From a virus (taxonomy: Duplodnaviria > Heunggongvirae > Uroviricota > Caudoviricetes), in the IMG/VR virus record IMGVR_UViG_3300025011_000017: 64,000 nucleotides of DNA. One strand, written 5' to 3'. The notes below the pieces were generated by a model. It ran no database searches and was not told the DNA's origin. It worked only from the letters and a program-made list of their open reading frames with translations. The stretch's first letter is position 1. Each line of letters opens with the position of its first letter. A program made the position numbers and the translations under genes. Positions 9,771-18,507 of this stretch are shown one piece after another.

Positions 9771-9902
9771 TTGCTTGTAGGATTAATAATTATTATGATA
9801 TTATTTATTTTAGCAACACCACTATATTCTAAGATTGGTAAAAAAGTTGAAAAATTTGAAAATAAAATCAAAGAGGAGATAGAAGAAAATGAGAAATTAT
9901 GA
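9771..9902 (+). CDS. small single-TM membrane peptide (43 aa)
   Basis: TTG after TTAGGAGGTG; hydrophobic N-terminus, charged C-terminus; overlaps start of SPFH gene. Confidence 0.3.
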   Translation: MLVGLIIIMILFILATPLYSKIGKKVEKFENKIKEEIEENEKL

Positions 9903-10815
9903 TTTAGAGGACAAATTAGAGAATATGGGAAAAGTAATTAAAGGAAATAATCGCTTTTTCAAAGGTTTAGCTACAACAGTAATAGGTGCGTTAGTGTTAT
10001 TAATAGGAATCTCTTCTTCGGTTACAAAAGTGCATCCTGGTCATGCAGGAATAGTTTACAATGTTAGTGGAGGCTTAGAAGAAACAACTTTAAGTCAAGG
10101 TTGGCACATAGTAGCTCCTTGGAAAAGTGTGAGAGAATATCCTATTTCAACAGAAACAGTATGGTTAACTCAAGCTAAAACAGAAGGATCTCCAAATGAT
10201 GATTCGTATAATACCTCAACAATGGAAGGAAAACCTGTTAACGTAGATGCATATTTCACTTATCATGTTAGTGTAGATAAACTTCCTGCTATATTTAATC
10301 GTTTTAAAGGAGCAGACATTGACAGTATTCAATCAGGATATCTTAAACAACAAGTAAAAACAGCCTCTCAATCAATTACCTCTAGTTATAGCGTTCTTGA
10401 TTTATATGGTAATAAAAGAACAGAAATTCAAGATAAAATTCATCAAATATTGATTAAAGAATTAACTCCATTTGGATTAGAAGTTGAAACATTTAGCTTT
10501 GGAGAGATTCGTCCTGATGGCGATACTATGAAAGCAATTCAAGCAAAAGTTGATGCTCAACAAAAGTTACAACAAATGGAAATTGAATTAACTCAATCAA
10601 CAGTTACAGCAAACAAGGCTAAAGTAGACGCTCAAGGTATTGCTGATGCTACAGTTATTAGAGCAACGAGTGAAGCGAAGGCCAATCAATTATTACAACA
10701 ATCGTTAACTCCTGAATTAGTTCAAAAATTATGGATTGATAAATGGAACGGACAACAATCTCAAGTCGTTGGTGGAAATAATCAAATGATTAATGTTCCT
10801 GCTATCTCAAAGTAA
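9889..10815 (+). CDS. SPFH/band-7 (prohibitin/flotillin-like) domain membrane protein
   Basis: N-terminal TM then HPGHAGIVYNVSGG...GWHIVAPW band-7 signature; coiled-coil C-terminal region. Confidence 0.7.
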   Translation: MRNYDLEDKLENMGKVIKGNNRFFKGLATTVIGALVLLIGISSSVTKVHPGHAGIVYNVSGGLEETTLSQGWHIVAPWKSVREYPISTETVWLTQAKTEGSPNDDSYNTSTMEGKPVNVDAYFTYHVSVDKLPAIFNRFKGADIDSIQSGYLKQQVKTASQSITSSYSVLDLYGNKRTEIQDKIHQILIKELTPFGLEVETFSFGEIRPDGDTMKAIQAKVDAQQKLQQMEIELTQSTVTANKAKVDAQGIADATVIRATSEAKANQLLQQSLTPELVQKLWIDKWNGQQSQVVGGNNQMINVPAISK

Positions 10816-10822
10816 GAAACGA

Positions 10823-10852
10823 AGAGGGAGTAATTTAATACTCCCTCTATTA
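10823..10852 (+). terminator. stem-loop terminator after SPFH gene
   Basis: 10-bp perfect stem AGAGGGAGTA / TACTCCCTCT, 6-nt loop; weak U tract. Confidence 0.45.
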
Positions 10853-10860
10853 AAAAGGGT

Positions 10861-11067
10861 GTGTTAAAAATATCTAGTTCAAGTAGTTCTTCTGATGGAA
10901 TTGGATTTGTTGGATTATTAACAGTATTATTTATAGGCTTAAAGTTAACTAATTACATTGCTTGGTCATGGCTATGGGTTCTAAGTCCATTATGGATTTC
11001 ATCTATATTTGTTATTATTCTTCTTGTAGGAGTAATTATTGCTTGGGTAAGCAAAGGTAGTCTTTGA
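10861..11067 (+). CDS. small 2-TM membrane protein
   Basis: Hydrophobic ORF after terminator hairpin; start uncertain. Confidence 0.3.
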   Translation: MLKISSSSSSSDGIGFVGLLTVLFIGLKLTNYIAWSWLWVLSPLWISSIFVIILLVGVIIAWVSKGSL

Positions 11068-11438
11068 TGGCTAAATTATGCCCTTTAATTAATAAAAAAG
11101 TATTATATTTAGTCTGTATGGAATGTGAAAATAAAATTTGTAAAGAATAAGAAAGGAAGTATTACTATAGAAATTATTAATAAGATAAGAGGGATTTAGA
11201 TATAGGTAAAAGAATATTTTCTCAGCAAGAGATAGACGATATGGTAGATATGTATCAAAACGGAGATTCGTTTAAAGATATATCTATAGAAGACTGATCA
11301 ACAGTGGTCATTATTGATCAATAAGCAAAAATCATATATAAATCAAAGAAGATCTAAAATTGGAGAAGAATTAACTAGAGATATTATAGTCAAATATATT
11401 GACGATAATAATATAAATATTAAGGAGAGTGTATTAAG

Positions 11439-12059
11439 ATGAATAAAAACTTAACCTTTATATCCATGATTCTTGACAGAAGCGGCTCGATGTCTGGATT
11501 AGTAAATGATACAATTGGTGGATATAACTCATTTATTGAATCTCAACAAGACGAAGTTGGGGAAGCATTGTTAACAACAGTTTTATTCGACAACCATTAT
11601 GAAATATTGCATAACGGTGTGGATATCCAAGAAGTAAGACCTCTAACAAGAAGAGATTATTTTACTAGAGGAACAACTGCTCTTATGGACGCAATTGGTA
11701 AAACAATTAATTCTGTGCAAAACAGGATTGATTGGATGAATGAAAATGACAAGCCAAGTAAAGTTATTTTTGTTATTACTACAGATGGAGCAGAAAATGC
11801 TAGTAGAGAGTTTAGTCAAAGTCAAATTAAGAAAATGATTGAACAACAAACTGAACTTGGTTGGCAATTCATATTCTTAGGAGCAAATATTGATGCTGTA
11901 AGAACAGCAAGAAGTTATGGAATTAGCGAACAATCAGTTTCAAATTATACAGCAAATTCTAGAGGAACAGAATCTATATATAACAGTATGAGTAAAAATG
12001 TGGCGAGTTATCGAGGTAGTGGAATGGTACTTGATAATTGGCAGAGCGAAATTAAATAA
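11439..12059 (+). CDS. von Willebrand factor A (vWA) domain protein (TerY-like)
   Basis: MIDAS motif ILDRSGSMSG; T/D spacing typical of vWA. Confidence 0.6.
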   Translation: MNKNLTFISMILDRSGSMSGLVNDTIGGYNSFIESQQDEVGEALLTTVLFDNHYEILHNGVDIQEVRPLTRRDYFTRGTTALMDAIGKTINSVQNRIDWMNENDKPSKVIFVITTDGAENASREFSQSQIKKMIEQQTELGWQFIFLGANIDAVRTARSYGISEQSVSNYTANSRGTESIYNSMSKNVASYRGSGMVLDNWQSEIK

Positions 12060-12085
12060 TAATTAAAAGGAGTTGTTGACGTAAT

Positions 12086-12280
12086 ATGGTTACTATGTCA
12101 GAAGATAGACGAAGAAGAGAAGAAAAAGAAAGTCAGATTGGCACTTTAAGTTCTGGTTATGGTTTAAGATCTAGTTCTAAAGGTAAAGAATTAGAAGGTG
12201 AAAATTGTCATTATTGCGGAAGTTATTCTTATTCTCTAAATAGAGATGGAGCTTGTAGTTCTTGTAGGGGAAAAGTATAA
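12086..12280 (+). CDS. small Arg/Ser-rich protein with C-terminal CxxC...CxxC
   Basis: RBS AAAAGGAG; 64 aa; followed by 14-bp-stem terminator. Confidence 0.4.
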   Translation: MVTMSEDRRRREEKESQIGTLSSGYGLRSSSKGKELEGENCHYCGSYSYSLNRDGACSSCRGKV

Positions 12281-12289
12281 ATAATCAAA

Positions 12290-12326
12290 TGGATATTCTA
12301 TTATTTTGTAATAGAATATCCATTGG
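12290..12326 (+). terminator. rho-independent terminator
   Basis: 14-bp stem TGGATATTCTATTA / TAATAGAATATCCA, 5-nt loop, followed by T-rich tract. Confidence 0.6.
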
Positions 12327-12331
12327 AAAAT

Positions 12332-12427
12332 TTATTTATTAATCGAATAATAAATTAGCATACTTATAATTGGTATAAATATAACTATTAAACCTAAAAT
12401 TGTAATTATAATTTTTTTAATATTCAT
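12332..12427 (-). CDS. 31-aa hydrophobic peptide MNIKKIIITILGLIVIFIPIISMLIYYSINK (type I toxin-like / small membrane peptide); only minus-strand gene
   Basis: ATG 12427..12425 (minus) preceded by AAGGGAGAAGGAAAT RBS; single TM helix with polar C-terminal tail; lies in an otherwise ORF-free 280-bp gap. Confidence 0.45.
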   Translation of the reverse strand: MNIKKIIITILGLIVIFIPIISMLIYYSINK

Positions 12428-12559
12428 AATATTTCCTTCTCCCTTTTATTTTAATTAAAAAGACCTTGCCTAAAGACAAGGTTGAAGTAGGACGAGAGAT
12501 TTTAGTTTGACGATTAGTAGTGTATCCAAGAAGTAAATAAATATACAAGGAGTAATAAA

Positions 12560-13084
12560 ATGAAGTACAAACCAACAATTGTAATAAGTGCGTTCCCTGC
12601 TTGTGGAAAGTCTTATATGTTTAATAACTATAATGGCAAACCATTTACTATGTTAGATAGTGATTCTAGTCAATTTAGTTGGATTAAAGATGTAAATGGA
12701 GAGAATACTAAAGAAAGAGATCCTAATTTCCCTGATAATTATATTAAACATATAAAAGATAATATTGGTAAAGTAGATATTATTTTTGTTAGTAGTCATG
12801 ATATTGTTCGAAAAACATTGAACGATAATGATATCAATTTCTTTATGGTATATCCATCTAAAAGTATGAAAGAGGAATGGATTAGACGTTTTAGGGAAAG
12901 AGGTAATGATGAGAATTTTATAGACTTTATTAGTGATAATTGGGATATTTTTATTGACGATATTCAAAGAGAAAATAAGTGCTTAAAGAAACAATTATCA
13001 GTTAATATTCCTTATATTACTAATGCGTATATTGCGAGTTGTTTTGATACTTGCTACCACTATAAATTTATAGAGGAGTTGTAA
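12560..13084 (+). CDS. P-loop NTPase/kinase-like hypothetical protein
   Basis: Deviant Walker A AFPACGKSY near N-terminus; RBS ACAAGGAG. Confidence 0.4.
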   Translation: MKYKPTIVISAFPACGKSYMFNNYNGKPFTMLDSDSSQFSWIKDVNGENTKERDPNFPDNYIKHIKDNIGKVDIIFVSSHDIVRKTLNDNDINFFMVYPSKSMKEEWIRRFRERGNDENFIDFISDNWDIFIDDIQRENKCLKKQLSVNIPYITNAYIASCFDTCYHYKFIEEL

Positions 13085-13086
13085 AG

Positions 13087-14412
13087 ATGGAAAAAATATA
13101 TTCTATTCTTAAAGAGATACAAGAAACATCAAGTAGAAATCAAAAAGAAAAAATATTAAAAAATAATTCTGAAAATCAATTACTTAAAGATATATTAAAA
13201 TTTGTATTTTCTCTTGAAGTAAAAACGGGAATTAAGCGTAAAAAATTAGAAAAAGAAGTTACGTCTGACCAACTAGTTGATATTGAAGGGTTTTATGGAC
13301 TTAGAGAATATATTATTAATAATGGAACTGGATCTGATAAAGTTATTGCCAACATACAGAAATTTTTATCTGAACAAACAGAAGATTTAAAAGATTTATA
13401 CACACGTATTATTCTTCAAGACTTACGATGTAATCTGAGTGAAAAAACTATCAATAGTGCTTTTGGATATGAATTTATATATATCCATAAATTAGAGAAA
13501 GGAGAAGTAGCAGAACCAAAACATCTTAAATTACTTGAAGAAAAAGAATTTGGTATATATAAAAAAATAGATGGATATAGAGCAGAGATTGTAGTAGGAT
13601 ATGACAAGATTAAAATAATGTCATCTGGAGGTGAATTATATAAAGAATTAATTGACATTGAAAGAGCGTTTTTAGATGCTAATTTACCTAAAGGAGTATT
13701 TGCATGTGAATTGTTAGCAATTGATCCTTCGGGACAAATGACACGAATGGAAATATTTAATAAAACTGGATCTATATTACGGAGAGATGGAATAAAAGTT
13801 GGAATTGAAGTTAATGTATTTAATTTTATTCCTGACGATGGATTTTTTAAGGGAGAGCATCCATTTTCTTGTCGTAGAAGAAAGGAATTAGCGAAACAAT
13901 TAGTTGATAAAATTAATTCTCCGTTTGTAAAAAATATTGATCCTCTATATATCGGAAAAGATTTGTCTCAAATTGATTATTGGTTTGAGAAGATGATTTT
14001 AGCTGAAGATGAAGGAATAATGGTTTTACCTCTAGATCAAAGGTATGTTGGGAAAAAATCGTATACACAAATGTTGAAGATTAAAACTGAAAATGAGTGC
14101 GACATTCGCGTAATTGGTTTTGAAAAAGGAGCTAAAGGTAAGGAGTTTGAGAATACTTTAGGAACTTTAATTTGTGACTTTAAGGGAAATCCAATTAGAG
14201 TAATGTGTGGATATAAAATAAAATATAACTCAAATAAATATGATGATCGAATGGTTAGGGATTATATTTGGACTCATCAAGAAGAACTGTTAGATAAAAT
14301 CGTGAAGGTGCGTTATATGGATATCTCCATAAACGACAGTGGTGGAACAGACTTGAGAATGGCAAGACTTATTGAATATCGTGATGATAAATCAGAATCA
14401 TCATATAACTAG
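13087..14412 (+). CDS. lig: ATP-dependent DNA ligase
   Basis: Motif I KKIDGYRAEI (KxDGxR), motif III FACELLAID, motif IV EGIMVLP, motif V MLKIK. Confidence 0.8.
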   Translation: MEKIYSILKEIQETSSRNQKEKILKNNSENQLLKDILKFVFSLEVKTGIKRKKLEKEVTSDQLVDIEGFYGLREYIINNGTGSDKVIANIQKFLSEQTEDLKDLYTRIILQDLRCNLSEKTINSAFGYEFIYIHKLEKGEVAEPKHLKLLEEKEFGIYKKIDGYRAEIVVGYDKIKIMSSGGELYKELIDIERAFLDANLPKGVFACELLAIDPSGQMTRMEIFNKTGSILRRDGIKVGIEVNVFNFIPDDGFFKGEHPFSCRRRKELAKQLVDKINSPFVKNIDPLYIGKDLSQIDYWFEKMILAEDEGIMVLPLDQRYVGKKSYTQMLKIKTENECDIRVIGFEKGAKGKEFENTLGTLICDFKGNPIRVMCGYKIKYNSNKYDDRMVRDYIWTHQEELLDKIVKVRYMDISINDSGGTDLRMARLIEYRDDKSESSYN

Positions 14413-14426
14413 AAAGGACGATATGA

Positions 14427-15203
14427 TTGAGAAAAGATTTAGCAAGCAATCAACTGAGTAAAATCGGCGAGATATGCGACCTGAACGGAAATATAATAGA
14501 GATTATCGAGTATTTAAGTACACATTGCGTAACCGTCAAATTTGAAGATGGTTACACAAATACAGGATCGTATAAAAGTTTCAAAAAAGGAGAGATAAGA
14601 AACCCAAATCCATACTTAAAAAGGTTTTATGGGGTTGGATATTTAGGAGAGGGAAACTATAAAACCTCTATAAATGGAGAAAAAACTCCACAATATTTAA
14701 AATGGTTTGCCATTTTCGTTAGGTGTTACAGCGAAAACCTTGCCTTAAAAGAACCAACATATGCAAACTGTGAAATATGTGAAGATTGGCATAACTTTCA
14801 AAATTTTGCAAAATGGTATGATGAAAATTATTACAGCATTGACGGCAGGGTAATGGAGTTAGATAAAGATATACTGGTAAAGGGAAATAAATTATATAGT
14901 CCTGACAATTGCGTATTCGTATCTAATGATATTAATAGTTTGTTTACTAAGCGTAAGAATAAACGAGGAGATTATCCATTAGGAGTATCTAGGAATGAAG
15001 GATGTGATAGTTACAAATCGCAATGCAACAATGAAGGGAAAAGAGTATATCTAGGGAGTTACAGCACACCTCAACAGGCATTTTTAGTATATAAAACATT
15101 TAAAGAACAGGTCATTAAAAAAACTGCTGATAAATATATTAATCAGATACCTAAAAGGTTGTATGATGCATTATATGCATATCAAGTAGAAATGAACGAC
15201 TGA
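14427..15203 (+). CDS. HNH/AP2-domain homing endonuclease
   Basis: AP2-like RNEGCDSYKSQCNNEGKRVYLGSYSTPQQAF; free-standing gene between ligase and a remnant of the ligase 3' end. Confidence 0.6.
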   Translation: MRKDLASNQLSKIGEICDLNGNIIEIIEYLSTHCVTVKFEDGYTNTGSYKSFKKGEIRNPNPYLKRFYGVGYLGEGNYKTSINGEKTPQYLKWFAIFVRCYSENLALKEPTYANCEICEDWHNFQNFAKWYDENYYSIDGRVMELDKDILVKGNKLYSPDNCVFVSNDINSLFTKRKNKRGDYPLGVSRNEGCDSYKSQCNNEGKRVYLGSYSTPQQAFLVYKTFKEQVIKKTADKYINQIPKRLYDALYAYQVEMND

Positions 15204-15216
15204 ACAGGTAAGTGAT

Positions 15217-15291
15217 AATGGTGAAATTGATTTAAGAATAGCTAGATTAGTTTGTTATAGAGATGATAAGATAATTGAAAGCTATAATTAA
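15217..15291 (+). pseudogene. remnant or duplicate of the ligase 3' end (NGEIDLRIARLVCYRDDKIIESYN*)
   Basis: 24-codon frame about 65% identical to ligase C-terminus SGGTDLRMARLIEYRDDKSESSYN*; lies immediately after the HNH gene. Confidence 0.55.
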
Positions 15292-15304
15292 GAAAGGATG
15301 AATA

Positions 15305-15760
15305 ATAATAATTAAAATAGTTGATGGAGATATTTTACAAGCATCGGAAAAACTGGTGGTGCATCAGGTTAACTGTATGGGAGTTATGGGTGGTGGCATC
15401 GCATTACAAATTAGAAATCAGCTTCCTAAAGTTTACAATGAATATAAAAGATTATGTAGTAATACTGATCCAAAACAATTATTAGGAACAATTCAATGCG
15501 TAGAAGATGATTTTGGCAGAGTATTTGTTAATTTATTCGGACAATTAAATTATGGTAGAGATAAACAATATACTGATTATGTGGCTTTAAGAAGAGGTTT
15601 GTTAAATGTTTATAATATAGCAAATCAGTATAATGTGTCAGTTGCAATTCCATTTAATATTGGTTGCGGTCTTGCGGGTGGAGATTGGAATGAAGTTTAT
15701 AAAATGATAGAAGAAATTTTCGGAGATTATGATGTAACTTTATATAGATTGGAAGTATAG
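15305..15760 (+). CDS. Macro domain protein (ADP-ribose binding/hydrolase)
   Basis: VDGDILQASEKLVVHQVNCMGVMGGGIALQI matches macro GDIT...VNAAN...GGGV motifs; conserved N-terminus lies upstream of the first canonical start (GTG 15356); start near 15305-15311 (ATA/ATT) or ATG 15298 with +1 shift in an (AAT)4 run. Confidence 0.6.
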   Translation: MIIKIVDGDILQASEKLVVHQVNCMGVMGGGIALQIRNQLPKVYNEYKRLCSNTDPKQLLGTIQCVEDDFGRVFVNLFGQLNYGRDKQYTDYVALRRGLLNVYNIANQYNVSVAIPFNIGCGLAGGDWNEVYKMIEEIFGDYDVTLYRLEV

Positions 15761-15773
15761 AAAGGAGTAACAA

Positions 15774-15941
15774 GTGGATAATAATGTTATAGGATCGTTA
15801 TATTTAGTTAAAGTTGATTCAAATGAAAATAATAATAAATATTACAAAATGATTCCAAATGGCAATGGTACATTTACAACTCAAAATGGAAGAATTGGAG
15901 TAGATCATTTTCAAACCACTACTTATCCTATTAGCAGATGA
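15774..15941 (+). CDS. WGR-domain N-terminal fragment of PARP-like protein (terminated by in-frame TGA)
   Basis: GTG with AAAGGAG RBS; NKYYKMIPNGNGTFTTQNGRIG (WGR core); remainder of WGR (KLKRKGY) continues in the same frame after TGA 15939-15941. Confidence 0.55.
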   Translation: MDNNVIGSLYLVKVDSNENNNKYYKMIPNGNGTFTTQNGRIGVDHFQTTTYPISR

Positions 15942-15962
15942 AATGAAAAATTAAATGAAAAA

Positions 15963-16988
15963 TTGAAGAGAAAAGGATACACAGACCAAACTAGATTAGT
16001 TGCAGAAATTACATCTTCTTCTAAAAATAAAGAATATTTAGATATTGAAAATTCTTCTATCTCAGCAATTGTCGCAAGATTACAAGCTATGGCTAAACAA
16101 GCTATTGCAGACAACTATACAATATCTTCAAATAAAGTAACTCAGACAATGATAGATGAAGCTCAAATAACATTAAATAATTTAATGACAGCAGATTCAA
16201 TCGAAGCGTTTAACAAAATATTAGTTGAGTTATTTCAAATTATTCCTCGTAAAATGAAAAAAGTAAAAGATAATTTAGCTAAAATAGATAAAGATTTTGG
16301 AGAAATTATTCAAAAAGAACAAGATTTGCTTGATGTGATGAAGGGTCAGGTGGTTATTACATCTGTACAAGATGAAACTGAGCAAGAAATAGTTAATAAT
16401 CAAACTATATTAGACGCTTTAGGATTAAGATTTGAAGAGATTACACAAGAAGAAGAGAGGATGATTAAGAGAGAACTTGAGGATATTAGCAATAGATATT
16501 ATCAAGCATGGAAAGTGATTAATATTAGAACTCAGGAGAGATTTAATAAATTTATTATCAATGAAAAAATTGAAGACAACAGGTTATTATTTCATGGTAC
16601 TCGTTCAGAGAACGTATGGAGTATAATTAACTCTGGATTAGTTTTAAGACCTTCCGCTAAAATTACAGGAAAAATGTTTGGATATGGAATTTATTTTGCT
16701 CCAAAAGCCCAAAAATCATTAGGATATACGTCTATTTCAGGGTCTAGATGGTCTAAAGGAAACGATAAAACTGGATTTATGGCATTATTTGACGTTGCTT
16801 ATGGAAAACCATACGATGTACACTCATTTGATAATAAGTATTATAAGTTTAACTATGAAGAATTGCAAAAAGCTAGTAAGGGTAGTAATTGTTTACATGC
16901 ACACAAAGGCAAGATGTTATTTAATGATGAGATCATAGTATACAAAGAAAATCAAATGACCATAAAGTATTTGATAGAATTAAAATAA
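15963..16988 (+). CDS. PARP-like ADP-ribosyltransferase catalytic region (helical domain + ART; H-Y-E triad present)
   Basis: [39 protein letters not shown] close to PARP1 [48 protein letters not shown] matches the catalytic-Glu motif; same frame as the WGR ORF. Confidence 0.75.
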   Translation: [341 protein letters not shown]

Positions 16989-17002
16989 AATAAAGGAGAG
17001 GC

Positions 17003-18019
17003 TTGAAAGTGAAAAATTTAAATTGGTACGAAAATATACCTGTTATGATTAACAATCATGGTGATCCATTAACAGATAATCAAATAGAAAGCACGATACA
17101 CAAAATTAGATCATTAATAGGGTGTAATAATGTGGTGGGGATTTGCACAAAAGCAGTACCAAATGAGAATGCATATCAACAACTTAAACAAATAGCAAAT
17201 ATAAAAGATATAAAATTATTTATGGCGTACTCTTTGACAGGATTAAATGAAGGAAATTATAGTTTTGAAGAAAGAGAAGAAGCCATAATGAGATTATATG
17301 ATATGTTTGGTCAAATGAATATAATGTTCAGGCCACTTATAAAGGGTAGAAATGATTCACATGAAAATATCGAGCGCATTGTGGATGTTGCCGCCAAAAC
17401 TGGTAACAATATAATTTTGGGTGGATTGCATAACAAAAAATTATTAAAGCAGTTGAAAAACGACAGCAAAGATTATTTTATTGATTGTTGCAATGCTAAT
17501 GGAGTAAGATACTTTAATAAAACATCTTGCGTTGTAGCATATCAATACAATACACCTTGTAAGGTTCATGATATTGTGGGTAATAAGCCAAAGAATTTAG
17601 ATATTATTGATAAGCTTGGATATAAATATTCATTATACAATGGTCATATACTATTAGATTGGGCATCGTCAGGAGATATGAACTTTGTAAGGCATATAAC
17701 AGAGTCTCTGCCATATACCAAAAAATTAATATCTAGATTAAATAAAATATCGTCTAATGAAAACCATAATTATGAATTAACTTCTGGTTGGTTATCTTGG
17801 AGCAATAATGCAGATTGTCCTATAAAATGTGATTATTGCGTCATATCATTAATAGACTATTTAGCTGATAAGACTCCCGTGGGATGTCATCCAAAAGATT
17901 TGCAAAATATAACAATTAGTAATATTTTTAGTGGTGATGCGGTAGATATAATGGCAAAGGATAGATATATTTCATATAATGATTACAGAGTTCCACAAGA
18001 TTGCATAAAATATAAATAA
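17003..18019 (+). CDS. hypothetical protein (338 aa)
   Basis: RBS AAAGGAGAGG; start TTG 17003 or GTG 17009. Confidence 0.5.
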   Translation: MKVKNLNWYENIPVMINNHGDPLTDNQIESTIHKIRSLIGCNNVVGICTKAVPNENAYQQLKQIANIKDIKLFMAYSLTGLNEGNYSFEEREEAIMRLYDMFGQMNIMFRPLIKGRNDSHENIERIVDVAAKTGNNIILGGLHNKKLLKQLKNDSKDYFIDCCNANGVRYFNKTSCVVAYQYNTPCKVHDIVGNKPKNLDIIDKLGYKYSLYNGHILLDWASSGDMNFVRHITESLPYTKKLISRLNKISSNENHNYELTSGWLSWSNNADCPIKCDYCVISLIDYLADKTPVGCHPKDLQNITISNIFSGDAVDIMAKDRYISYNDYRVPQDCIKYK

Positions 18020-18034
18020 AGGAGAGATTTATTA

Positions 18035-18340
18035 ATGATTAATCAAGCACAACAAACAGAGGTAAAAGATATCGTCTATAAAAAAGGTAGACAAAAATAT
18101 TCAGAAAGAACTAATTTACTTCCCAATCATGTAAAAGATGGTTCATTTACAATTAAAGAGAAGAAAGAGCGTATTATTCATTCGAATAACAGAACCATTG
18201 TAATTCTTAACGATGGCACAAAAGGTATTGCTAAATGTATGCCAACCGACACCTACGACAAACTTAAAGGAGTTAAAATTGCATATCTTCGAGCAAAAAT
18301 TGAATCGCTTCAAAAAGAACTTCAGGAACTTTGTAAATAA
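18035..18340 (+). CDS. hypothetical protein; paralog of the gene at 48012
   Basis: C-terminal ILNDGTKGIAKCMPTDTYDKLKGVKIAYLRAKI vs ILDDGSKGVAKLNPKDTYNGEIGYGVAYFRAKI. Confidence 0.5.
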   Translation: MINQAQQTEVKDIVYKKGRQKYSERTNLLPNHVKDGSFTIKEKKERIIHSNNRTIVILNDGTKGIAKCMPTDTYDKLKGVKIAYLRAKIESLQKELQELCK

Positions 18341-18343
18341 GGG

Positions 18344-18372
18344 TTGACAAGTAGAAAGTAATGTAGTAAACT
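18344..18372 (+). promoter_or_regulatory. promoter family copy
   Basis: TTGACA 18344-18349; TAAACT 18367-18372. Confidence 0.4.
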
Positions 18373-18507
18373 TAAAGAGTAGTAAGTAGTAAATATTTAC
18401 TACTCAATTATATAATGAGGAGGAGAAATAATTTAAACTGTAATACCTGAGAGTCATAGAGATATATTGCCAGATAATGCAGAATTTATAAAAGGAGGAT
18501 TAATTTA

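Noticed and set aside
15939-15941. Genome-wide reassignment of TGA (for example code 4 or 25) as the explanation for the WGR-PARP interruption
   Set aside because: TGA clearly terminates several well-delimited genes here (HNH 14427-15203, the 22026 gene, thyX, HNH 59602). Blanket recoding is therefore unlikely; context-specific readthrough, a mutation or an error remain.
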